The notes under the pieces are model-generated. The model saw only the letters and a list, made by a program, of their open reading frames with translations. It searched no databases and was not told the origin of the DNA. From the NCBI GenBank assembly GCA_951406725.2, contig OX597815.1, forward strand, positions 79,174,001 to 79,238,000: DNA of 64,000 nt, in the 5' to 3' direction. The position numbers were made by a program, and so were the translations under genes. The DNA is from Octopus vulgaris (taxonomy: Eukaryota). Positions 13,391 to 26,196 of this stretch are shown piece by piece; within the stretch, counting starts at the first letter, position 1; each line of letters starts with the position of its first letter.

Positions 13391-16300
13391 TGGACATGGG
13401 CGATCATTGTATTCTTTCTTGTCTTGAGGTTTACAGCCAAATGGCTGGGTGGATTCGCGTGAAAAATGGCACACATGTGGAGACAGGTGCATAGATTGGA
13501 ATGCAGTTTGTATTATTTTTCCTAGCCCCCATACTTACCGAGAAAATCAATTAAAACGTTTTCTAATGGAATTCCCGTTTGTTCTGCCATTAAAACAACC
13601 AGTTGTTCACACAGCTAGCATATACCGTTTCACTAGCAACAAGGGGAGTATAGGATGACAGCCAGCCAAAACTTTCACTGTGCTGTGTCTCATCTTTCAC
13701 CTCTTTGTGAGTTTAATAATCTTAATCTTTAGTCACAGTTACTCATTCAAACTACATAATAGGCAGAATTGTTCGATTAAATCAGTAGGGTGTTTTGAGG
13801 GAGATTTGGCTGCTATTTCTACCAGGTCTAACTACCATGTAAATCAACTATTGTAAAAATTTTATATGATGATCTTACATTTTCTATGTATGTGTGTGCA
13901 CCATAAAAGACATCAATCATCACAACACATACCTTCACTCTCTCACTCTATCTATCTTTCTCACCCTCTTTCTCTCTCACATACACATGCTCAAGCATGC
14001 ACACACACACACACAAACATCCATTTCATATAACTTCCTTCAATTTTTGCTCTCTGCAAATAAAATTTTTTGTGGATACAACTGCTTACAAAAATAGGGA
14101 TTAATGTATAATTTCTTTCTAGGTTCATAATTAAATCAGTGTTTTAATGATTAGACAGAGGTCCAATAGAATAGCTCTCTTAAAACTAAAATATGAGTAT
14201 CATCATGGAAATAGATCCATAACCTAGCACATTGATAATTACTATAGGTCCTTATACCATTTCTTAATTTTAGAAATGATATAGGGACATCATGATGAGC
14301 AGAGCAGTTTGAAGGGAGCTGGCAAGTCCGAAGCCCATAACAAGCTCTACTGTCTGATTTGACCTGTTTTTTTTTACAGCTGGACCTCCTTTCCTAATGC
14401 CAACCATTTTACAATGTGAACTGTATGCTTTTCACATGATGCAAGCAGCAGGGACTTACAATAATATATTCTTTATTTCTTTAGTTCGTTTTAGCCATCA
14501 TGACTAAAACCATACTAGAGCACTGGAGACCCAGGAAGATATAGGATGAAGTGGTGAGGGCTGGCCTCATCACTATGGGCTTCATGGCTAAGATGATAAA
14601 GGACTGGGATGTCTGGAGATATGAGGTTGTTGAAAAGACTCCACCTCCTCCTCAGCGAAACTGAGTTCTGGAAAAGCTAAATATATATTGGTCTCTGCAC
14701 CCACATGTTAAAGATTCATTCCACTCCTCACTGAACCAAATTACCTCCCATCATAATCTATGTATGACCATTGCTTCTCTTGGCTCCTGCAAATTACCCC
14801 AACCACGTCATCTCTCTCTCTTTTTTCCTCCCCTTCTTAACTGTACCATCATTACTATCTTACCATTCTCACTCCCTGTCCCTCACTCTTCTGCATCTTG
14901 CTATCTTACCCAACTCATGGCTCACTGAATATCCACTCTGCAACCACGAACATAGCTAGAGTGTGTGCTACCTGGAGCAGCCTTTCCATCTGCCACCCCT
15001 CCCCACCCCAAAAAACACATTGCCTACAGCAGACCTAAAAGTGCTACCCAGGGTGGACTGCTCCTACCAACCCCCTAACTATACTAGTGTCTGCAACCCT
15101 ACCTAATTTTTACAGTTGCTGCTTGCTTTCCTATCCCTTCATTTCCTGCTCCCCATAAAGAGCTTGAAATCACCTACCCATCCACCCACTTCTATTCACC
15201 TTGTACCTAGAGGGGCCATCTGGGCATCCCATTGCCACTATCTATCTCTTTGCAACTTCTATTGATCATTTCTCTTTCCTCTTTCTCCCTCTCTTCCACT
15301 AAATGTGAGTAGCCATGCAGATCCTCTACAAAAACCTGCCCTGATCCCATTCCCTTCACTCACACTTTAAACTCTTGTCACCTAGTAGCAAATCCAAACC
15401 AAATGAGATTCCAAACCAAAGTTGAGTATTAAGAAACTTCTTGCAATCATAGTCATAGCTAAACCTAGCAATACAAGATAAAAATATCAAATTAACAAGT
15501 CATGTGTCAAAAGTTCAGCTAATTGCTCTTATTCCCAACTAGCTAGAGTGGGCCATTTTTTAAAAAATTTCAAAAGAGGAAGTAATGTAGTGTCAGCTGA
15601 TGTTTGTAATCATCCCAGTACAAGTTTCAAGGAGGAGACATTCTACAAATTCCCTGTGAAACAAATATTCTATTTAATATTTTATGATGTATAATCCTCC
15701 ACCACCACCACTTCCAAATAGCAACCACTTTATAGTGAGAACTGGATGCTTTTTACATGGCTCCAGCACTGATGGGGTTACTAAGTAACTTGCAAGACAA
15801 AGATCCCTTGAGGGGGTGATGTACTAGAGAAGGTGGCCCTGTGCCGGGTGATGAGAAGTTTGAGTGTAACAGAGGTTCAGAAACAGGTGTCTTATAGAGA
15901 GCAGATACAAATTAAAAATATAAAATTGATTTTTTAAAAAAATTTACCAAAAAGTACTAATTCTGTAAGTAAATATGAATATTTGTGCATGAATGCACAT
16001 ACATACATGCAATGATTCAGTACATTCAACAGTCAGGAACAGATATCAGAGAACCTGGTAAAGTTATCAGTGAAAGACTGTGGTCCTATCCATGGAAATA
16101 TTCCTCACTTGCCTGTTCAATACCATGAAACTCTGGACTAAGTACCAGTCCTTAAAAAACTCTTCAGGGCTAAGATAGAATTCACACACAGGACATTGTA
16201 TAGTCTAAGTGATAGTCTACACTCAAGTATAGCTCCTACATCTGGAAAGATTATTCATCACACATTCTGTCATACAGATATTTTCTAAACAATGTACAAA

Positions 16301-17850
16301 CAAAGTTAGTCACTTGATAGAAAGACTTTTACTCATCAATATTCTACAATCTTTAATCAATTAACAAGATATGTCTGCCTTGCTTTACTCATCAATATTC
16401 TACAATCTTTGATCCATCAACAACATATGTCTGCCCTGCATTTCCTCTATTCACACTACTCCCACATATTAATTTAATGAATCCTCAAACCAATGAGAAA
16501 ACCTCTGTGCCAGTCATGGACAAACTGTGGCCTACAGGACTCTCTGAATGGTATATCTAATGTAAAATTACCATGAATTGTTTTAGTAGTGTGGCCCACC
16601 TTAAGATGAACCATGTTTCATGAGGCCTGCTTCTCAAAAAAGGTTGTCCATGCCAGCTCTATATGATCACTCAAACTGATAGCAAAATCTCCATCATATC
16701 ACTTTAATAGTCACATTGAATAATGTAGAATCCAAGACACAATGTTTCTGAAAATACAGGCAAGATGGTCATGATTAGAATGGTTTTGATCATAAGTATG
16801 TTTAACCAGGACCAACCAGGATGTAAAGCAATGAAATGAATTCACATCTTCACCTCCTCCTCTTTTTACCAATCCATCTTACTCCAGCTTGGCACCATCT
16901 TTTTAGATATCTGTCACTCAAGTTTTTTCTCCCAACCTAACTGCTAGATTCAAATTTAACTTAATTCATGCCATCTTAGTTACTCCTATTCTTACCACCC
17001 AAGAAGTGCTAGCAAAAATCCACAGGAACTTTCCCACTTCATCAAACTAATTTATAACAAAATGAGAACAAACAAACAAACCATTTGATTAGTGGGATAA
17101 GGATTCTATGTAGTTTATGTAAAGCATGTCAACCTAGAAGACCCTATATTATTCATGTAATGCAAATGTAAATTTACCAGTTGGCTTTTATGGACTGATG
17201 CCTTAGCTCTTGTTTCATCACATTAAGCAGATAAAAGATTAAAATACTCCTGGATAGAATATCAGTCTCTCTTGGATAACACTTGTAACTGATTTAGTAT
17301 CTATTTCTGACAACTAAGTAAATCAAAGTAATGTGAATGAGTGAATTACACAAATACACAAAGAGACCCATAGAGTAGATTTGAACAAGATCTATGTTGG
17401 TAGTCCATCTATAAGGTGGTGTCTCAATACCATATTCACTTGATCAAGTTGCTTTTATAAGCTACAACCACATGAAGAGCTGAACACAGAACTGCAAGCT
17501 AATAAAACACACATGAATTATACAGCACTCCTACAACAAGGAAACCGTATATAATTCACATAATTAACATAGTAAACTGGCAGAATTGTTGTACATGGTT
17601 GCTTGATTGGTGAGAAATAGAAACTACATTTCTTGAAATGATGAAGGGTCTTAAAAATGAAAGTATACATTAGATAACATAGTCCTAAAAATACTACGGC
17701 TGGAAAGAAAAAAAGATGGTTTAGGCTGGAACACCAGTGAATGTAGGTTTACATCATTTATATGATTAGAACTAAACAACAACAACAACCGAAAAGTCAA
17801 CATCATGTGGATAATAAAAGCAAACCAATAATGGAAATTCATTGAGTCAC

Positions 17851-17973
17851 CTGAGGTAAACAGGAATTAGTCACAACAGCACAGCTGTTGATGTTATCCA
17901 GCGATAGCTTGTTATCAGCACCAGACTCCACACAGGTAGATATAAATTTATTAGATGAAGGACGCTGTTTCTT
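17851..17973 (-). CDS. C10orf143: Host gene coding exon 2 (KKQRPSSNKFISTCVESGADNKLSLDNINSCAVVTNSCLPQ)
   Basis: Pyrimidine tract ttttgtcttttcattgcAG acceptor; 123 nt open in phase 0; CAG|GTGACT donor. Confidence 0.75.
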
Positions 17974-18522
17974 CTGCAATGAAAAGACAAAAGAAGAAAT
18001 TTAAAAAAAAAAAAAAGTGAGACTAAATGTTTTAGTTTTGTTTTGTTTGTTTATTTCATTATCTTGTTCTAAGAACACTTAATCAATTTTAATCCTTTAA
18101 TTGAGATTAGAAACAGATATAACGATACAAATATGGATAAGCATGAATGTCTACTGTAATGTTCCAAATATGGATAAGCATTAAAGTCAATCTGTAGAGT
18201 TGAACTTAGTACTTACTGAAAGCTAATGAACTTAGTTGTCAATTTTACAATGTCTATGGCCGCTTGGAAAAATATATTACTTCTACTTTGTGATACTTAT
18301 AGAGAATCTATCAGACACTGCCCCCACAAAGTGACTGCTGCAGCTTCATGTTCTCTTAGAATGTACTCCCCTAGTCTATGTCATCCAACAGTTAACCAGA
18401 AAACAGCAAGTTGTCAAGATCTACATTTTCCAGTAATCAAGTCAAATTTTTCAAATCAAAGTTTACAGCCCAAAATTCCACATAAAATGCAGCCAAATAT
18501 GTTTGACTGTTAACACTACAAA

Positions 18523-18745
18523 TCTACATATATAGAACTGAGAATGTGTGAGTGTGTGTGTCTGTCTGTCAGTCTGTATGTGCGCATCACTAAAACTGGA
18601 GAACTACCCAACAGATTTCATTCAAATTTTACTTAGGGTCCATGGAGTGTCATGAGCCCAGTGCAATCTCTTATCTCTTATTGTCAAAAGTGAAACAATA
18701 ACATCTCTGTTGTAATGTGATATAATACTTTCACTATTAATTGGT
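18523..18745 (+). mobile_element. Non-autonomous Helitron 5' fragment
   Basis: TCTACATATATAGAACTGAG...(TGTC)n start, homologous to 22378-22632 and 34900-35125. Confidence 0.6.
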
Positions 18746-18789
18746 TTTCAATTACTTTCACTATCTCTCTCTCTCTCTCTCTCTCTCTC

Positions 18790-19966
18790 TAAAACTAGAA
18801 GTAGTTGATAGCTTCCGTTATCTTGGTGACCAAGTCAGTAGTGGGGGAGGATGTGCTGAAAGTGTAACGGCTAGAGTAAGGATAGCCTGGGCAAAGTTCA
18901 GAGAGCTCTTACCTCTGCTGGTGACAAAAGGCCTCTCGTTCAGAGTAAAAGGCAGACTGTATGATGCATGTGTACGTACAGCCATGCTACATGGTAGTGA
19001 AACATGGGCCCAGACTGCTGAGGATATGCGTAAGCTCGCAAGAAATGAAGCCAGTATGCTCCAATGGATGTGTAATGTCAGTGTTCATAATCGACAGAGT
19101 GTAAGTACCTTGAGAGAAAAGTTGAACCTAAGAAGCATCAGTTGTGGTGTGCAAGAGAGACGTCTGCGCTGGTATGGGCATGTGACGAGAATGGCTGAAG
19201 ATAGTTGTGTGAAAAAGTGCTACACCCTAGCTGTTGAGGGAACCTGTGGAAGAGGTAGACCCAGGAAAACCTGGGACGAGGTGGTGAAGCACGACCTTCG
19301 AACTTTAGGTCTCACCAAAGAAATGACTAGAGACCGAGACCTATGGAAGTATGCTGTGTGTGAGAAGACCCGGCAAGACCAGTGAGAACAGTCAAAATCA
19401 AACCAAATCAACATCAGTGGAAATTGCAGCTGTGGTTAAGCGAACCATCCGATTGTTTGTCCATTGCCAGCCTCGCCTGGCCTCCGTCCCGTTGGCATGT
19501 AAAAGCACCATCCACTGATGTCCGTTGCCAGCCTTGCCTGGCCCCCGTGCCGTTGGCATGTAAAAGCACCATCCACTCGTGTCCGTTGCCAGCCTCGCCT
19601 GGCCCCCGTGCCAGTAGCATGTAAAAGCACCATCCGCTCGTGTCCGTTGCCAGCCCCACCTGGCCCCCGTGCCGTTGGCACATAAAAGCACCATCCGCTC
19701 GTGTCCGTTGCCAGCCTCGCCTGGCCCCCGTGCCGGTAGCACGTAAAAGCACCATCCGCTTGTGTCCGTTGCCAGCATTGCCTGGCCCCCGTGCCGGTAG
19801 CACGTAAAAGCACCATCCGTTCGTGTCCATTGCCAGCCTCGTCTGGCCCCCGTGCCGTTGGCACGTAAGCACCATCCGCTCGTGTCCGTTGCCAGCCTCA
19901 CCTGGCCCCCTGCCGGTAGCACGTAAAAGCACCACCCTTTCGTGTCCGTTGCCAGCCTTGCCTGGC
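18790..19966 (+). mobile_element. 5'-truncated RTE-clade LINE: RT C-terminus plus 3'UTR array
   Basis: FRYLG, RVRIAWAKFREL, KGRLYDACVRTAMLHGSETW, RRLRWYGHV, RGRPRKTW; stop at 19385. Confidence 0.92.
19457..19966 (+). repeat. 61-bp tandem array (about 8.4 units) in the RTE 3'UTR
   Basis: Unit gtccgttgccagcctcgcctggcccccgtgccggtagcacgtaaaagcaccatccgctcgt; period 61 (e.g. 19581 to 19642). Confidence 0.95.
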
Positions 19967-19967
19967 A

Positions 19968-20112
19968 TCCGTCTACCAAATCCACTCACAAGGCATTGGT
20001 CGGCCCGGGGCTATAGCAGAAGACACATGCCCAAGATGCCACGCAGTGGGACTGAACCCGGAACCATGTGGTTGGTTAGCAAGCTACTTACCACACAGCC
20101 ACTCCTGCACCT
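19968..20112 (-). mobile_element. SINE family A head
   Basis: Reverse complement of the 13193 head. Confidence 0.85.
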
Positions 20113-20224
20113 ATATATATATATATATTAATTAGAGACAAAACCACTATTATGCAAATCAAACAAAGAAAGACTTAATCCAATACATAAAAATTTTTAT
20201 ATAAATTAAATATAATTAAGATAT

Positions 20225-20270
20225 CCACTACGATCGTTTCTTGTCACTTCTATTGACATTCATCAGGTGG
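20225..20270 (-). ncRNA. Minimal type I hammerhead ribozyme (mirror copy, sense to the host pre-mRNA)
   Basis: Exact reverse complement of 20353-20398. Confidence 0.85.
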
Positions 20271-20352
20271 TTTCAAGACCTTCTTTGCCATTTTTAAACT
20301 ATGAGTTTAAACTATGACTCATAGTTTAAAAATGGCAAAGAAGGTCTTGAAA

Positions 20353-20398
20353 CCACCTGATGAATGTCAATAGAAGTGACAAGAAACGATCGTAGTGG
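20353..20398 (+). ncRNA. Minimal type I hammerhead ribozyme
   Basis: CCAC-CTGATGA-a-TGTCA-atagaag-TGACA-a-GAAAC-gatc-GTA-GTGG: stem I CCAC/GTGG, stem II TGTCA/TGACA, palindromic stem III ACGATCGT, GUA triplet. Confidence 0.85.
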
Positions 20399-20580
20399 AT
20401 ATCTTAATTATATTTAATTTATATAAAATTTTTATGTATTGGATTAAGTCTTTCTTTGTTTGATTTGCATAATAGTGGTTTTGTCTCTAATTAATATTAT
20501 ATTATATTTTACTATAAAATTGGATTCAATCCTAAATCTGATTTTTCCCTGTAAATTTGGATTTATTCCCTAATATTTAT

Positions 20581-20627
<47 letters not shown>

Positions 20628-20682
20628 CACAGGAGTGGCTGTGTGGTAAGTAGCTTACCTTATATATATATATATGTATGTG

Positions 20683-20990
20683 TGGAGGCACAATGGCCTA
20701 GTGGTTAGGGCAGCGGACTCATGGTTGTAGGATCGCGGTTTCGATTCCCAGACCGGGCGTTGTGAGTGTTTATTGAGCGAAAATACCTAAAGCTCCATGA
20801 GGCTCCGGTAGGGGTGGTGGCAATCCCTGCTGTACTCTTTCGCCACAACTTACTCTCATTCTTTCTTCTGTTGGCCTGCTTGCTTAGCCAGCGGGGTGGC
20901 GTCATTTGAAGACACTTGCCTAAAACAATGCGAAACGCATTGTGACCAGTGATGTGTAACAACATCTGATAGCCTGGTCGGTAACGGTGA
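20683..20990 (+). mobile_element. tRNA-derived SINE family B, tail type 1
   Basis: ggaggcacaatggcctagtggttagggcagcggactc...ggtttcgattccc (box A/B). Confidence 0.85.
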
Positions 20991-21051
20991 TATATATATA
21001 TATATGTTTCATTTATATTAGCTTCATTATGTATTTATATATGTTTGTATA

Positions 21052-21111
<60 letters not shown>

Positions 21112-21164
21112 AGCAGAGATACCCGGCCTTCCTTGGGATTAAAATGACATAGTTTTTTTTTATT

Positions 21165-21452
21165 GTTTTACTTATTTCAGTCATGTGACTGCAGACATGC
21201 TGGAGCACTGGCTTTGGTCGAACAAATGGACCCCAGGATTTGTTCTTTGGAAGTGTAGTACTTATTTTTTCAGTGTCTTTTGCCGAACCGCTAACTTATG
21301 AGAACATAAACACAGCAACATTGGCTGTCAAGCAATGGTGGTGGTACAAACACGGACACATACACACACAAGTATACACATATACATGACAGTCATCTTT
21401 CAGTTTCCGTGTATGAAATCCACTCACAAGGCTTTGGTCGGCCTGTGGCTAT
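21165..21452 (-). mobile_element. SINE family A, 5'-truncated
   Basis: tttcagtcatgtgactgc...tgccgaaccgctaa...ccactcacaaggctttggtcggcc. Confidence 0.75.
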
Positions 21453-21539
21453 AATATATAAATATATATACATATACATACATACATATCAGTGTATATA
21501 TATGTACACATACATACATACATATATACACATATAATT

Positions 21540-21912
21540 CCATCGGTAACGACGATGAGGGTTCCGGTTGATCCGATCAACGGAACAGCCTGCTCGTGAA
21601 ATTAACGTGTAAGTGGCTGAGCACTCCACAGACATGTGTACCCTTAACGTAGTTCTTGGGGATATTCAGCGTGACACAAAGAGTGACAAGGCCGGCCCTT
21701 TGAAATACAGGTACAACAGAAATAGGAAGTAAGAGTGAGAGAAAGTTGTGGTGAAAGAGTACAGCAGGGATCACCACCATCCCTGCCGGAGCGTTGTGGA
21801 GTTTTAGGTGTTTTCGCTCAATAAACACTCACAACGCCTGGTCTGGGAATCGAAACCGCGATCCTATGACCACGAGTCCGCTGCCCTAACCACTGGGCCA
21901 TTGCGCCTCCAC
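21540..21912 (-). mobile_element. tRNA-derived SINE family B, tail type 2
   Basis: Same head of about 170 nt as 20683, with an unrelated 3' tail. Confidence 0.85.
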
Positions 21913-21983
<71 letters not shown>

Positions 21984-22139
21984 TATATACACATACATAT
22001 ATATATATACAAAGATATAAATGCATACATACATACACATATATATATCAATATAGTGAAACTAATAGAAATGAAAGTAATATATATACATAGTGAATGT
22101 AATTGAAATTGAAACCATATAATAGTGACACTATTATAT

Positions 22140-22632
22140 CACATTACAATAGCGATGTTATTGTTTCACTTTTGACTCATAATATTGAAACAGTGTAAGA
22201 GATTGCTTCAGACTCGCATTACAAAAGAAATTGAAAATCTTTTTGGCCCATGACAATGCATGGACCCTAAGTATGACATGTGTAAAATTTGATGAAATCA
22301 GTTGGGTAGTTCTAGAGTTTTAGTGATGCACACATACAGACTGACACATAGACACACAATTCTCAGTTTCATATATATCTATATATATATAAAACTGAGA
22401 AAGTGTGTCTGTCTGTCTGCCTATCTGTGTGTGTATGTGTGTGTGCATCATTAAAACTCAAGAACTAACCAACCGATTTCATTCAAATTTTAGAGATGCC
22501 TTACTTAGGTTCCATGCATTGTCATGGGCCAAAAAGATTTTCAATTTCTTTTGTAATGCAAGCCTGAAGCAATCTCTTACACTATTTCAATATTATGAGT
22601 CACAAGTGAAACAATAACATCGCTATTGTAAT
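22140..22632. mobile_element. Two head-to-head non-autonomous Helitron 5' fragments forming an imperfect palindrome
   Basis: Arms 22140-22372 and 22378-22632 are reverse-complementary around atatatatctatatatata; a further fragment lies at 22775-22930. Confidence 0.7.
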
Positions 22633-23020
22633 TAATAGTGGTGGTTGATTTTTATACTTAGTTGTAACTCAGGAAAAATATACTAATTTCTTGTTTTAGT
22701 ATATATGTAGTATATAAATATTATTTAAATATCATAGAAATAGTTAGAGATCTTAATGATATTTAAATTTAAATTTACTTAGGTTCCATGTGGTGACATG
22801 GACCAAAAAAGTTTTCAACTTTTTGCCTAACGGGAGCCTGGTGCAATCTCTTATCTCTTACACTATTTCAGTATTAAGTGTCAAAAGTGAAACAATACCA
22901 TCTCTATTGTAATGGGAGATAATACTTTCACCTTGTATTTATATATTCACCTTGTATTTGTATATGTATATATATCTATATATCTATATGTATATGTATA
23001 TGTATATATTTATATCTTTG

Positions 23021-23060
<40 letters not shown>

Positions 23061-23066
23061 TGTGTA

Positions 23067-23445
23067 CACTACCGTCAGAAATTAATTAGCACCCTTGATT
23101 TGCTCTTCACTCAAGGTATGTGCTGTCACCTAGTGGCCATATCTCGAACTATTGCTTTGTTGCGAGTTCACTGTTGCGCAGAACGATGACGTAACTTTGT
23201 TTGCAGAGCAGTTTGAGAGTCTACAGCCTTATGATGTTGACATAGCAGTGCAACAACAACTTGGAGTGCGGATGCAGACAAACTTCCTTTGTTTAATAGA
23301 TATAGGTAGCGCCTCGCAAGGACCGAAATCACACCATACTAAGTTTTCTCATCGCGTAAGATGTTTTGAACAGCTCATAGGTTAATTGATTTAACCTATT
23401 TAATGTAGAAATTTGAGAAGTGCTAATTAATTTCTGACGCAAGTG
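23067..23445. mobile_element. Tc1/mariner-type MITE
   Basis: TA|CACTACCGTCAGAAATTAATTAGCAC ... GTGCTAATTAATTTCTGACGCAAGTG|TA: 26-bp TIRs, TA TSD. Confidence 0.85.
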
Positions 23446-23472
23446 TATATATATATATATATATATATATGC

Positions 23473-23525
<53 letters not shown>

Positions 23526-23539
23526 CAATATATATGTAT

Positions 23540-25212
23540 ATCATCATCATCATCGTTTAACGTCCGCTTTCCATGCTAGCATGGGTTGGACGGTTCAACT
23601 GGGGTCTGGGAAGCCAGAAGGCTGCACCAGGCCCAGTCTGATCTGGCAGTGTTTCTACAGCTGGATGCCTTTCCTAATGCCAACCACTCCGTGAGTGTAG
23701 TGGGTGCTTTTTACGTGCCACCGGCACGAAGGCCAGTCAGGGTAGCGCTGGCTACGGCCACGTTCGGATGGTTCTCTTACGTGCCACCGGCACTGGTATC
23801 ACAGCTACAAATTCCATTGATGTTGATCGATTACAATTTTGATTTTCACTTGCCTCAACATGTCTTCACAAGTAAAGTTTTGTGTCCCAAGAAGGAAAGG
23901 AATGCATAAGTGGACTGGCTACATCCCAGGTAGAGGCCACGGGTTATGGCCTCACTTGTCCTGCCGGGTCTTCTCACGCACAGCATACTTCCAAAGATCT
24001 CGGTCTCAAGTCATTTCCTCGGTGAGACCTAAAGTTCGAGGTCATGCTTCACCACCTCATCCCAGGTTTTCCTGGGTCTACCTCTTCTACAGGTTCCCTC
24101 AACGGCTAGGGTGTGGCACTTTTTCACACAACTATCTTCAGCCATTCTCGCCACATGACCATACCAGCACAAACGTCTCTCTTGCACACCACAACTGATG
24201 CTTCTTAGGTCCAACTTTTCTCTCAAGGTACTTACACTCTGTCGAGTATGAACCCTGACATTACACATCCATCGGAGCATACTGGCTTCATTTCTTGTGA
24301 GCTTACGCATATCCTCAGCAGTCTGGGCCCATGTTTCACTGCCATGTAGCATGGCTGTTCGTTCAAATGCATCATACAATCTGCCTTTTACTCTGAGCGA
24401 GAGGCCTTTTGTCACCAGCAGAGGTAAGAGCTCTCTGAACTTTGCCCAGGCTATTCTTACTCTAGCAGTTACACTTTCAGCACACCCGCCCCCGCTACTG
24501 ACTTGGTCACCTAGGTAACGGAAGCTATCAACTATTTTTAGTTTTTCTCCCTGGAATGTGGTGGAAGATGGTCTCTGCGTATTTTCAGTGTTTATTGCTC
24601 CTCAGCATCTGCTACATACAAAAACTATCTTCCTAGTTAGCCTTCCTTTGACATTGCTGCACCTCATATGTGTCCATAGCTTACACTTGGTGCATCTTAT
24701 AGAGTTTCTACTTACGCCATTTCTACAGATCGAGCAGGGCCATCTACCTGAAGGCGTTTGTGATTTGTCTACCTTCCTACTTATTAGAACTTTGGTTTTA
24801 GCTAGGTTGACTCTAAGGCCCTTCGATTCTAATCCTTTCTTCCACACCTGAAACTTTTCCTCCAGTTCTGATAGTGACTCAGCAATTAGAGCAAGGTCAT
24901 CAGCATAGAGGAGCTCCCAAGGGCATCTTGTCTTGAATTCCTCCGTTATTGCCTGGAGGACTATGATAAATAGGAGGGGGCTGAGGAACTGAACCTTGGT
25001 GGACCCCAACCTCTACCCGGAATTCTTCACTGTACTCGTTGCCAACCCTCACCTTACTAACAGCGTCTCTGTACATGGCTCGCACAGCTCTCACTAACCA
25101 TTCATCTATCCCTAGTTTCCTCATTGACCACCAGATAAGGGATTCGGGGACCCTGTCAAAGGTTTTCTCCATGTCAACGAAAGCCAGGTACAGAGGTTTA
25201 TCTTTGGCTAGG
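23540..25212 (-). mobile_element. 5'-truncated RTE-clade LINE (RT domains to 3' tail), frameshifted
   Basis: [54 protein letters not shown] insert, RGRPRKTW; (ATG)n tail. Confidence 0.93.
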
Positions 25213-25394
25213 TATGTATATATATATGCATACATATACATGCATATATATACACATATATACACACACATACACACACACATATATATGTATGTATATA
25301 TATATGTATGTATGTATATCTATTCATGTTTATGTATGGATATGTATGTATACATATATATGTATATGTATAAGCACATATATATATATATTTA

Positions 25395-25431
<37 letters not shown>

Positions 25432-25432
<1 letters not shown>

Positions 25433-26147
25433 CATCATCATCATCATCGTTTAACGTCCTCTTTCCATGCTGGCATGGGTTGGATGGTTTGACTGAGGAC
25501 TGGTGAGCCAGAGGCTGCACCAAGCTCAATCTGATCTGTAAAAGTTTCTACAGCTGGATGCCCTTCCTAATGACAACCAGTCCAAGAGTGTAGTGGGTGC
25601 TTGCCACCAGCATGAGGGTCAGTCAGGTGGTTCCGGCAATAACCACACTCAAAAGGTGTTTTTACTACCTGCATGGGAGCCACTCTGGCAGTACTGGCAA
25701 TGACCACACTCGAAAGTTGTTTTTCACATGCCACCGGCACATGTGCCAGTAAGGTAACGTTAGCAACGATCACGCTTGAATGATGCTTTTCACATATCAC
25801 TGGCACGGGAGCAAATCCATGGCACTGGCAACAATCACGCTTGGATATGCTTCTTTTAATGTTCAACTGGCACGAGTGCCAATCAGGCAGTACTGTCATC
25901 GGCCACGTCAGTAATTTTGATTTGTTTACACTTGCCTTAATAGGTCTTCGCAAGCAAAGTTCATTGTCCAATGACTGAGGGGTACTCATAAGTGGGCTAG
26001 TTACACCCCACGTTTGGATGTGTTTTAACGTTCCACTGGCATGAGTGCCAATCAGGTGGTACTGTTGTCGGCCATGTCAGCAATTTAGATTTTGATTTCA
26101 CTTGCCTCACTCGGTCTTCACAAGCAAGGTTTAATGTCCAATGAATG

Positions 26148-26150
<3 letters not shown>
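25432..26150 (-). mobile_element. RTE 3'UTR-only fragment (divergent subfamily) with a degenerate array of about 60-bp units
   Basis: (CAT)n tail, ggatgcccttcctaatg, repeated cactggca/cacactcgaa units. Confidence 0.75.

Positions 26151-26190
<40 letters not shown>

Positions 26191-26196
<6 letters not shown>

Larger units (their letters stand above)
20125..20585. mobile_element. Penelope-like pseudo-LTR in inverted (fold-back) arrangement
   Basis: Arms of about 185 bp (20125-20307 / 20316-20497) are almost perfectly complementary; each carries a hammerhead; flanked by (TA)n. Confidence 0.8.

Noticed and set aside
13027-13492. YIYI/HTHT/CVCV ORFs here and throughout the window
   Set aside because: Translations of (TA)n/(CA)n microsatellites and SINEs.
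16326-16440. 56-bp direct repeat
   Set aside because: Ordinary two-copy local duplication.
19382-19989. Long overlapping ORFs (142-195 aa)
   Set aside because: Artefacts of the stop-poor 61-bp tandem array.
20683-20760. tRNA gene (also the heads at 13193 and 53510)
   Set aside because: tRNA-like heads continue into SINE bodies and are multicopy; no clean cloverleaf with terminator.
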